From Octopus bimaculoides (Eukaryota), in assembly GCF_001194135.2 (NCBI RefSeq), contig NC_069005.1, positions 31,177,895-31,241,894 on the forward strand: DNA of 64,000 nt. Reading direction: 5' to 3'. The notes beneath the pieces are model-generated. The model ran no database searches. It saw only the letters and a program-made list of their open reading frames with translations, and was not told the DNA's origin. The position numbers and the translations under genes are program-made. Numbering within the stretch: the first letter of the stretch is position 1; each line of letters begins with the position of its first letter. Positions 38,998 to 49,990 of this stretch are shown here, piece by piece.

Positions 38998-40287
38998 TCC
39001 ATATATGTGTGTGTGTATTGCATCTTGCCTGAAGCAGAAGTCTGTCAAAATGTTATGTGCAGAACTTCCATTTGTTTTGAGATATCTGGATGAATATTCC
39101 AATAATTTCTTATCCTATATTTATTTTATTCCCTGCAGTTCCTTGAACCAATGATAAAGGGAAAAAAACAGAAAGAACAAGGGACGGGGTGGGGGGACGC
39201 TTTCTTTAGAATTTATTTCTAAAGACAAGAATAAAAAAAATAGATTTTGATGTGATTGGAGTTGAAAGATTCGCTAATGAATATTTTACCAAAATACACC
39301 TTTATTTAAATTGAGTGCCAAAAGTATTGGGGGTAAAAGAATAATTGGAAGAAACTGTCATAGAATATTATATAGTATACGTGTGGATGTGTTGTGGCTG
39401 AATGATTAAAAATTTCACTTTGCAGGCATGAGGCCCTGGGTTCAATACCAATGCATGGCACCTTAGGTAAAAACCTGACTTTCAATAAAACATTCATTGG
39501 GGTTGCAAATAGCCAACCGGCTGAATATATTCATATTATCTGTGCGTGTATGCATTTATGTATATTGTGCATATACGTGTGTATGTATGTATGTATGTAC
39601 ATTATCTCTGTGTCCCTTACATTATCTCTATCCTTTAATTTAGTAATACAGTAAATACACACACACACACACGTGCACATATTTCACACGGCAGATATAA
39701 CTTACCCTGTGTGCGCTCTGGTTCTGTGTACCTGTGTAAAAATAATTCTTTCAGTTAGATCTAAAACTGAACTTAACCATCCACTAAAGTAAGTACTGGG
39801 ATCAGTAAGCTGAACTAAAACTGTCAAAGGTAGTGCCCCAGCATGGCCACAGTCTACTCACCGAGTGCAGTAACAAATTATAAGCAGCTGTTGAAGAAAA
39901 TGAGCTGATTTTAAAGTTGATCATTGGCTGTGAACAACTTAGAAATTAGCACAACACCTTCCTATATCACATGGTAATCACCTGTCTTTTACCTGTTCAG
40001 GTGTGTCTTTTTATCTACAACAGAAAATTAGACAAGATTTCTGTTTGATCTCTTCAGGTAAATGTTAGTTTTAATCCTGAAGATTAGATTATTGTTAAGT
40101 TCTTCTCTAGCATGTTCTTTGTGGGTGTATATATGACATGTGTATATGATGTATATGTGAGTGTATATATGTCATGGGTGTATGTCTTTGTATGATGTAT
40201 ATGTGGGTGTATGGGTGTAACTAAGTTTGGAAAATCTATATATTGAAATTTGGTCGATGGAGACATTAGGTGAAACCATTGTGTGTG

Positions 40288-40507
40288 TGAGATTTTGTGT
40301 GTATTTGTATGTATGTCGGATTCTGTGGTGAGGATGTTCTGTGTCTATGTATGTGGGCCTCTGTGTATGTATATATGTGTGTGGTGGGATATTCTCTGTG
40401 TGTGTGTGTGTATGAGATTTTGTGTGTATTTGTATGTATGTCGGATTCTGTGGTGAGGGTGCTCTGTGTCTATGTATGTGGGCCTCTGTGTATGTATATA
40501 TGTGTGG
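40288..40507. repeat. Tandem duplication, period 125 bp
   Basis: tgagattttgtgtgtatttgtatgtatgtcggattctgtggtgagg...gggcctctgtgtatg at 40288 and 40413. Confidence 0.9.
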
Positions 40508-41959
40508 CTTTGAGCAATAGTAAAAGGACTCTTACCCAAGGTACCATGCAATGGGACTGAACCCAGAAACGTTGACAAGCAAACTGCTTAACCCACTCAA
40601 CAAGGCCAGTACATCAAATACGGACTCTGTTTATTCTTTCTGGAGAAGACGATAGAAATGTTTTCTTCAATTTGGCTTCTGTGAAGCAGAGTTCCACTGA
40701 ATAAACAACTGTAACAAGCTTATAAATGTAGATAATGCTGACTTTGATAATGATCTAATTAGTGATTAATTACGTTTGTTACATTATATTCCATTTCAAA
40801 TCCTCTGTTAAAATAATGGCACCAAATTCTTTAATCCTTGTTTTTTTTTTACCATGAGCTAAACAAAGATATTAATAAATATCTTGTGAATGACTTTCCT
40901 ATGCATATTCTTAGCATAAAACAACCAATGTGAGCTCTACTTGAATATGTGCATGTGTGTGTGTATATATATGTGTGTGGTCTGTGTGTGCATATATGTA
41001 AGGTGTGTGTATGCCTGTGTGTTTGTGTATGTATATATATATATATATATATTGTAGAAATATGATATATATATATATGTATACTTATATATACATATAT
41101 ATAAACATATACGCATTGCATATGTGTGTGCAGGTTTATGTGTGTGTGTATATAAATAGATATATATATATATGTATGTATATATGTATTCATATAAAAC
41201 CTTAATAGTGTATATAGCTTTTCTTTTTGTGTTTTCTTGTCGTCTAGATTTAGAAATGTGGTATTGATTTCTGGTATATGCAAATGGTCTGAAGTGTATA
41301 TACATAGGGAAAGAGAGAATGAGAAGGAATAAGAGATATAGCAAATGAGGGGGTGGGGAAGAACAGAATGAAAGAGATAGAGAACGAGATTATATGGCAT
41401 TAAAACTCTTCTCAAGGACATTAACCAAAGTTAAATGATGTGAATTGTTCCAACGAGGAATCAAAATTAGATCTCACTGACTTAGCTTTCTGAGGAAGCT
41501 TACTTCAGCTCTATTACATTTAACTTGAGAAAGGAAATTTTTTTTCATTCTGGTTTTTTGTTTTTCGTTTTTCTCTTTCCTTCAAAATTTTTACTACAAA
41601 GTATTGTTACGTAATTGTTCTTCGTTTGTTTTTTTTTGGTTTGTCTTTTATCTTCGACTTGTTTCTGTCGTTGAGCTGCAGCCATGCTGGGGCTGCATCT
41701 TGAAGGGGTTTTTTTAAATCACATAAATCGACCCCAGTAGTTATTTTCGTATAGCTTGATGCTTATTTTGTTGGTTTCTTTTGCTGAACTGCTAAGTTTA
41801 TAACTGGCACTCCGTCGGTTACGCCGACGAGGGTACCAGTTGATCCAGTCTACAGAACAGCCTGCTCATGAAATTACAATGCAAAAGGCTGAGCACTCCA
41901 CAGACACTCATACCCCTGACTCTCCAATCAGGAACGAACCTGTCTCTGTACTGTCTGAG

Positions 41960-42410
41960 TTCACTGATTGAATGAATTTGACATTGATGAACTTTGGTGA
42001 TTGGTTGAGATTAACTGTGACTTCAGTGATTTGTTGTGATTAATTGTGAATGGTTGAGATTGACTTTGATGCTTGGTTAGATTAATTGTAATTAACTGCT
42101 GTGATTGACTATAATTCACCACGGTTTGTTTGAGAGTGATTATGACTAATTTCAGTGATTAGTTGAAATTCATTGTGATTAGTTTCAGTGATTGACTGTG
42201 ATTGATTGTAATTAACTTCGATGTTTGATTATGACTGATTGTGATTAATTTATATTGTGTTTCACTCCAGTGATTAGTTGTGATTGACTGCAGTTAAGCA
42301 CAGAAATTGCTTGAGATTGATTATGATTAGTTTTGGTAAATGATTGTAATTAACTTCAGTGACTAGATGAGATTGACTGTGATTGGCTGAGATTAATTGT
42401 GCTTAACTTT
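41960..42410. repeat. Degenerate GATT-rich satellite (gtgattgact/gattaatt units)
   Basis: About 450 bp of recurring tgatt, gattga and aattaact motifs. Confidence 0.8.
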
Positions 42411-42495
42411 AGACCTCCCTCAAGGACTTAGTATTAGTTTCATTAAAAAATCTGAATTCCTTTTAACAGCTGAAAGTAGTTTGTATGAAAACTTT

Positions 42496-42591
42496 TTAAT
42501 GATGGTGAGTCATTAGACATGAGTTTTTGTAAGTCAATATTCTTAATGATAATGACTCATTAGACATGAGTTTTTGTTAGTCAATATTCTT
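42496..42591. repeat. Tandem duplication, period 47 bp
   Basis: ttaatgat..tga(g/c)tcattagacatgagtttttgt(a/t)agtcaatattctt occurs twice. Confidence 0.9.
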
Positions 42592-42779
42592 CTGCAACAC
42601 TAATTAGTAATCTGGGTTGTGGCAGCGGTGTTAACAATACCTTGGTAATTAATGGTTGTTGGTCAAAGCTGTGTTGTTCCATGGCTATTACAACTGTTGT
42701 GGGATCTGAACCCATGATGTATTACCCACAGGGCCAGCATTTTTTAAAGATGCAGACACTACCACACTTTGTTCTGCTA

Positions 42780-43057
42780 AGCATCTCTCTCTCTCTCTCT
42801 CTCTTCCACTTGCTTTATTCATCTGTTTCTCTATCCATCTTTCTCTCCCTTTCTTCTCTCTGTTTCTCTCTTTCTCTCTCTCACATCCCTTTCTCTCCCC
42901 CCTCTTCCCTGCCCTCTCTGTCTCTCTTCCTCTCTCCCTTTCTGTCCTTTCTCTCTGTCCCTTGCTGTCCCCCCTCTCTTTGTCCTTTTGTTTCTCTATC
43001 CATCTCTCCCTCTCCTTTCTCTGTCTCTCCCTCCTTCCATTGTCCCCCTCCTCATGG

Positions 43058-43088
<31 letters not shown>

Positions 43089-43140
43089 ATACCCTCACAC
43101 ATTCACTCTTTTTTTCTTTCTCTCCACCCTTCTCTGTTAT
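42780..43140. repeat. Long CT-rich polypyrimidine tract (similar tracts at 30230-30400, 45140-45440, 50750-51110)
   Basis: Almost exclusively C/T on the + strand. Confidence 0.9.
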
Positions 43141-44265
43141 CCACAAGAAATACAAACCTCAAGAAACAGATATTCAAACTATTCCATTGTTCGGAACTAA
43201 ACAGTATTTTGATCTCATNNNNNNNNNNNNNNNNNNNNNNNNNNNNNNNNNNNNNNNNNNNNNNNNNNNNNNNNNNNNNNNNNNNNNNNNNNNNNNNNNN
43301 NNNNNNNNNNNNNNNNNNNNNNNNNNNNNNNNNNNNNNNNNNNNNNNNNNNNNNNNNNNNNNNNNNNNNNNNNNNNNNNNNNNNNNNNNNNNNNNNNNNN
43401 NNNNNNNNNNNNNNNNNNNNNNNNNNNNNNNNNNNNNNNNNNNNNNNNNNNNNNNNNNNNNNNNNNNNNNNNNNNNNNNNNNNNNNNNNNNNNNNNNNNN
43501 NNNNNNNNNNNNNNNNNNNNNNNNNNNNNNNNNNNNNNNNNNNNNNNNNNNNNNNNNNNNNNNNNNNNNNNNNNNNNNNNNNNNNNNNNNNNNNNNNNNN
43601 NNNNNNNNNNNNNNNNNNNNNNNNNNNNNNNNNNNNNNNNNNNNNNNNNNNNNNNNNNNNNNNNNNNNNNNNNNNNNNNNNNTGAATGACTACGACAACA
43701 ACAACAACAACAGCACTAGGCAGAGGAGAGGATGTTCACCTCCCTTCCTTCCAATACTTTCAAGGTTTTCAAAAAATTTTTAATTATTTATTTAAATTTT
43801 TTTTTTTTTACTTGCTTTCGTCATTGGACTGCAGCCGTGCAGGGACCCCCACCTTGACGGGTTTTAAGTCGAACAAATTGTCTCCAGGATCTGCTTTTTT
43901 TTGAGACTGGTACTTAGTGTCTATCAATTACTTTGCTGAGCTGCTTGCTAAGTTACTGCTGGGACGTAAACAAACCAACACCTGTTATCAAGTGGTGGTT
44001 GCAGACAAACACAAAGGCATGCATGTTTCATCATCATTTAATGTCTGCTGGTTGCAAAACAAGCTTCTAAAGCACCCAGCTATTAGTTTTGAAAACACTA
44101 AAGACTTCAGTAAGAAAACCTTTTTTCCTTATGAAGCTGATGTCCAGAACATAAAATTAACACAAAATCTTTATGGAATATTTTAATTGTGATCGCTTTT
44201 TTAAAAAATAAGGCTTATTATACCATAGAACCAGAAGTGATTTTTCTCCCTCTTCTCCCACCCCC

Positions 44266-44310
<45 letters not shown>

Positions 44311-47275
44311 NNNNNNNNNNNNNNNNNNNNNNNNNNNNNNNNNNNNNNNNNNNNNNNNNNNNNNNNNNNNNNNNNNNNNNNNNNNNNNNNNNNNNNNNNN
44401 NNNNNNNNNNNNNNNNNNNNNNNNNNNNNNNNNNNNNNNNNNNNNNNNNNNNNNNNNNNNNNNNNNNNNNNNNNNNNNNNNNNNNNNNNNNNNNNNNNNN
44501 NNNNNNNNNNNNNNNNNNNNNNNNNNNNNNNNNNNNNNNNNNNNNNNNNNNNNNNNNNNNNNNNNNNNNNNNNNNNNNNNNNNNNNNNNNNNNNNNNNNN
44601 NNNNNNNNNNNNNNNNNNNNNNNNNNNNNNNNNNNNNNNNNNNNNNNNNNNNNNNNNNNNNNNNNNNNNNNNNNNNNNNNNNNNNNNNNNNNNNNNNNNN
44701 NNNNNNNNNNNNNNNNNNNNNNNNNNNNNNNNNNNNNNNNNNNNNNNNNNNNNNNNNNNNTAGAGATTAAAACCAAATATGTTACAATTATTGTTTCAAA
44801 GCGCCTGCTCACACCCACACACACATTTGAAAAGCACAAGGCACTGTTATTGATTTGTCTTGAAATTGGCCTGAATTGATGTCACCACAACCGTTTCATT
44901 TGATTGCCAGATTTATCTGGAAGATGTCATTAAGAAATCTCTGCTGGAATAGAGGCACAAAATCTCAGTGGAATATATTGGAATACATTGGAATATATTT
45001 CTGCTGGTAATCAATCTATCTTGGAGGATCTGTTTAAGTAATTTGCCCTTTTTTTTTTTGTCTTTTGTCTTTTGTCCATTATGTTATCCTTTCAATTAAA
45101 GCTGCGCCTGTCTGTTTGTGTATTTGTGTCTGTCTGTCTGTCTCTCTTCCCTCTTTTTCTCTCTCTCCTTCCTTTTCTTTCTCCTTTTCTCTCTCTTACC
45201 CTTCTCTCTGTCTCTCCCTCCTTTTCTCTCTCCTTCGTTTTCTCTCTCCCCTCCTTTTCTCTCTCCTTCCTTTTCTCTCTCCTTCGTTTTCTCTCTCCCC
45301 TTCCTTTTCTTTCTCTCCCTCCTTTTCTCTCTCCCCTCTCTCCCTACTACTACTTCTCAATTGCACTGTCCCCCTATCAACTTTAAATTCTTCTCTTAAC
45401 TCTCCCTGTATCTCTCTTTTACTCTCTCTCCCCCTCTCTCTATACAATGTAAAGCGTTACTGTAGAAACCATCCAACCAACATTATTTATACCAGCTTTT
45501 ATTATACAGAATGGTTATCATAAAAGCAACAAGCTGGCAGAACCATTAGCACACAAGACAAAATGCTTAGTGGCATTTCTTCTGATTTTCTGTTCTGAGT
45601 TCAAATATCACCAAGGTCGATTGGTCTGCTGTTCTTTCTGTGCTGCCAAAATTTCAGGCCTTGTGCCTAAAGTAGAAAGAATTATTATATAGAGATATAT
45701 GTATGAATGTATGTGTATATCATCATCATCATTTAATGTCTGTTGTCCATGCTGGCATGGGTTGGATGGTTTGACTAGGGTTGGTAAGCTGAGGGGCTGC
45801 ACCAGAGTTCAGTCTGATTTGGCGTGGTTTCTACAGCCTGATGTCCTTCCTAACACCAACCACTTTGAAAGTGTAATGGGTACTTTTACATGCCAGCGGC
45901 ACGTAAATATAAACTGCTTTAAACATATCCATAAACACACAATGTGTGTGTGTGATTTTATATCTGTGTGTGTGTGTGTGTGTGTATATATAGAAAGATA
46001 GATAGATAGATAGATAGATGTGTGTGAAATCTCTATTGATTTTATATGTATATGTTGATTGTAAGAGAAAGTGAAATTATTCATACAAATAATGATATTT
46101 GTTTGCAGTCCTCTGTGAAAACATGTCCTGTCTGTTGTTCAATAGACAAGGAGAAATATATGAATATGTTGCTTAAAAATGGTTGATGAGCATTCGGTCC
46201 GGCTGTTGAAAATTCTATCTCAACGGAGTCTCATTTGTTCCATGCCAGCCTGGAAAAGTAGGCATTAACCCTTTTCAGGATTTGAACTGGTCATGCCTGG
46301 GCCAAATATCTTCACCTGTTTTACGCTCAAACTGACTTGATCCAGTCTCTCACACCTGCGCTACAATGCCATTTTGAAAATATACAATATACAATCACAT
46401 CATCAAAATCTCAAAGCTACAAGTTGATGCATGATTGATTCAAAATGTGGAAGAAAAGAAAAAAAAAGAATTACATTTGACTAAAGAGTTCAAATAGCAA
46501 TGGTCACATGACGGTGATGATGATGATGATGCTGACGACGGTGATGACAACTTCAATGCTTTATGCCTAATTAGCAAAATTATTTTAGTGCCAAAATAAA
46601 ATATAGCGCCCTTTTGAAAAGTGAAATACGAAAAATACATTAATTACGCATATTTTCAGACAATCTTGTAAATAAATATCTCTGGTGTTTGGAGTGAGGC
46701 TTGTATTTTTATTTATTTTCATTTTACATCAAAAGACTAATGTATGATATTATTAGATAACTTGATTCCGCAACCAGTTATATTAAATACTGCAGTATTT
46801 CTGTGTTTCTATTCCTGCTTGACTCTGAGCTGTGCACTTAATCAAATGGAAGAGCTGTCAGTGTTAGTAATGTTCTAGAAACTACCAACATGATCCCTAT
46901 AGCTACATCTAGATTTAAGTAACACTGGCACCAGAAATAAAATTATTACCCAAAATTAATAATAATTATTATATTATTTTTATAATGGTTTGAAATTTTG
47001 ACACAAGGCCAGCAATCTCCATCCACAGTGTTCAATTCGTACTTGTTTTATCAAAACACACACTTTCCCCCCTGAAAGGAATGAAAGGCAAATCAACCTC
47101 AGCAGAATTTGAACTCAGATTGTAAAGACTATTAAGCATTTTGCCCAGCATGCTAATGAGTCTGCCAGTTCACCACCTTAATAACAATAATTTCAAATTT
47201 TTGCCACAAGAGCAGCTTGGAGGGGATTAAGCCAATTACACTGACCCCAGTGCAAAACTCGGAACCTTGGGGTTA

Positions 47276-47516
47276 GTCGCCATATGGCGTAGTGGTTAAA
47301 AGCGCAGGCTACTAACCCCAAGATTCCGAGTTCGATTCTAGGCAGTGACCTGAATAATAATAGTAATAATAATAACATTGAAAAATACCTTAGGAATGAG
47401 AACCCTGGTTCGAAATTTTCCCAAGACACCTGATGAAGGCTGGAGGGTATATCAGCCGAAACGTTGTGTTAACAACAAACAAGATGAGGACAAATATCCA
47501 TCAAATGTAAATAATG
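47276..47516 (+). mobile_element. tRNA-headed SINE-like element with Penelope-like 3' terminus
   Basis: tRNA-like head 47276-47349 (A box tggcgtagtgg 47285-47295, B box gttcgattc 47330-47338), an (AAT)n spacer, then cctgatgaaggctgg...cagccgaaacgttgtgtt, a terminal sequence style typical of Penelope-like elements. Confidence 0.75.
47425..47470 (+). ncRNA. Putative minimal type-I hammerhead ribozyme
   Basis: Stem I GACAC(47425-29)/GUGUU(47466-70); core CUGAUGA 47430-36 plus one extra A; stem II GGCUG(47438-42)/CAGCC(47453-57); GAAA 47458-61; palindromic ACGU stem III; GUU cleavage triplet 47463-65. Activity untested. Confidence 0.65.
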
Positions 47517-47570
47517 TTCTTGTTTTTGTTATTGGATCTCATTTGTTGTTGTTTTTGTTTTATTTTCCAG

Positions 47571-47648
47571 CAATGTAAAGGCAAATATCAACGGGCAATA
47601 TTATACGTATCAGGGGATGCTCTTCGAGTTGTAGATGAAATAAGCAAG
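47571..47648 (+). CDS. numb: Numb PTB-domain exon (78 nt, phase 0/0)
   Basis: Acceptor tattttccag and donor AAG|gtaagt. Encodes QCKGKYQRAILYVSGDALRVVDEISK, compared with human TGKKAVKAVLWVSADGLRVVDEKTK. Too short to appear in the ORF track. Confidence 0.95.
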
Positions 47649-49568
47649 GTAAGTCCTGGCTGAGAGAAAATCAAAGACAAATTCTTCATTGACAGTCTTG
47701 CTAAGGCAGCTGGGTGAGTGGCAGTGAATGAATTATTTTTCTGGTCAGTGAATTTTTCGCAATATCTTTTGTAGTAATAAGGTAGGGTACATAATATTCT
47801 TGCTTTTGGTCAGGAGCTAAAAAGAACAAATTTCATCAAAAGTCATGAAGCTTATGATCTCCTCCACATGAAAAGATGTACCCCTATGCCAAAACTGAGC
47901 TACCTACGTGTAAAACTGTCGTCTACAATGTGGAATATTGCATGGATTGACTTTTATATGTCAAAATATGAAATGTATATTCCACCCTCAGATTGAACTC
48001 AAAACCTCTCTCCTTCAAATCCAACATTATAACCTACCTACTAATCTAATTAGCCACTGTCTGTGGCAATAACACTGACTTGACATTTCAAAAGATGAGA
48101 GGATTAAACAGAGTGGAGTGAGGGATGCATGTAAAAATCCTGAATATAGATTATTTATGTAATTAAAATGCATTGTCCTTAATTACAACTTTCAGTAGCA
48201 TATTTTTATTTGTTCTGCTAACAGAGCTTCTGCCTAGCCTCGTGATTAGACTGTTTAGGCTCTTGGTTGTGAGTGTGGTTCCTAGACTGGGCGACACGTG
48301 TCTTCATGTGAGGCAAAGGCATTTTAGCTTGTGTTGGTTCTATCCTTCCTTTTGTAAAGTTACTAGGATGGGATTTTTTAGGGAGATTTCACTGCTATTT
48401 CAGCATGGCACTTAAGGCAAGTGTCTTTTTACTCCAGTTCTAGGCCAACCAGTGCCTTGTGAGTGAATTAGGGTGTGTGGGAAACTGAAAGAAGCCCATC
48501 ATGTATATATGCATGTGTATGTGTGCACGTATGTGTGCTCTTTGTCTTAACATTGCGTGATAGTTGTAAATGATTGTCATGTCATACAAGCAGTGTCATT
48601 CATTTCTAATGTTCTGTGGAAAACACGCCTGGTCATCAGAAAATATCACCTTGCTTGGAAACTGGTGAAGGTTGGTGACAGAATGAGCATCCAGCTATAG
48701 AAAATCCGCTTCAGCAAATTCCACCTGATCCATGCAAGCACAGAAAAGTGGACGTCAATACAATACTGCAGCTGCTGCTTCTGATGGTGATGGTGATGCT
48801 GATGATGATGATGACGACGAAGACGATTCAGACTTCGCAGAGTGAGAAACCAACCAGTTATATGAATCAGAACCCAATTCTAGAATTACCTTGCTGTTGT
48901 CATATTTGAAATAGTATCAACTTGTATGCATGTGGGTGTTTCCTTTGCTCATTTCCAGTGGCCTGTAAATGCCGTATTGTCTTCCTTGTCCACAGAAACA
49001 AATCCGAATGTTGAGAAGAAAATATCAAAGGTCTTTGGACTTAAGTAGAGAAATAATTAATTCATTTACTGTTTTTGTTATTTTTTCTCAACTTACGTAG
49101 AGAAAAAACGAGAACAAAGCTTGCTTCCCAACCACATAGTTTCAGGTTCAATCCTACTACGTGGCACCTTGGGGTCTGTGTCTTCTACTATAGTTCCTGG
49201 TCAACCAAAGCTTAAGAGTGGATTTGGTTGATGGAAACTGAAAGCAGCTCATTGTATGTATATGTGTGCATATATGGGTACAGGATGTCACCAACTGTGT
49301 AAACAACATGAAATATGTAGACAAAGGAGTTAAATACATAAACAAGAGACAAAAATGGGAAACAAGTGAACACAGAGAAACGTCCCTTCATCAGTTGTCG
49401 GCTGTCTATCTACTCTTCATTTCAAGCATTCAACAACAATCTGAATATCAGTATTTTGTTGTTGTTTTTTTATCTAGTAGCCTTCACATACACACACTCA
49501 AGTATGTGGATGTATGTGTGTCCAACCTATGCCAACATGAAAGGCAGACGTCAAATGATGATGATAAT

Positions 49569-49619
<51 letters not shown>

Positions 49620-49695
49620 CCAAACTTAAATGCTGGTTTACATTCTTTGTAAGCTTCTATATATTCTATTTCTCCAATTCTTTCTCCAAATTCAG

Positions 49696-49798
49696 AGCAT
49701 GATTGTTGACCAAACTATAGAGAAAGTTTCTTTTTGCGCTCCTGATCGAAATCACGATAAAGGTTTTGCTTACATCTGCCGAGATGGTACGACGAGGC
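49696..49798 (+). CDS. numb: Numb PTB-domain exon, 3' end lost in assembly gap 49799-49990
   Basis: Acceptor ctccaaattcag. Encodes [34 protein letters not shown](R), compared with human [35 protein letters not shown]. Runs into the N gap before the donor. Confidence 0.96.
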
Positions 49799-49990
49799 NN
49801 NNNNNNNNNNNNNNNNNNNNNNNNNNNNNNNNNNNNNNNNNNNNNNNNNNNNNNNNNNNNNNNNNNNNNNNNNNNNNNNNNNNNNNNNNNNNNNNNNNNN
49901 NNNNNNNNNNNNNNNNNNNNNNNNNNNNNNNNNNNNNNNNNNNNNNNNNNNNNNNNNNNNNNNNNNNNNNNNNNNNNNNNNNNNNNNNNN
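49799..49990. other. Assembly gap interrupting a numb exon (other gaps: 1785-1875, 6404-6959, 8783-9416, 19078-19660, 21461-21470, 29539-29928, 35795-36040, 43219-43682, 44311-44760, 58255-58467, 59882-60483)
   Basis: Runs of N, most of them flanked by microsatellites. Confidence 0.99.

Noticed and set aside
39139-39190. Strong acceptor ttattccctgcag followed by FLEPMIKGKKQKEQG
   Set aside because: No credible donor, and no homology recognised.
40001-40057. Candidate cassette or micro-exon in the PTB-insert intron (cctgttcag|...TTCAG|gtaaat)
   Set aside because: The 57-nt version contains an in-frame TGA and the 34-nt version shifts frame. There is no similarity to the vertebrate insert. 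It could only be a poison exon, and nothing supports that.
47276-47349. Possible tRNA gene (apparent ACT anticodon)
   Set aside because: The anticodon and T stems are mismatched, there is no Ser variable arm, and it continues into a repeat body. It is a SINE head. The same applies to the head at 12710-12787.
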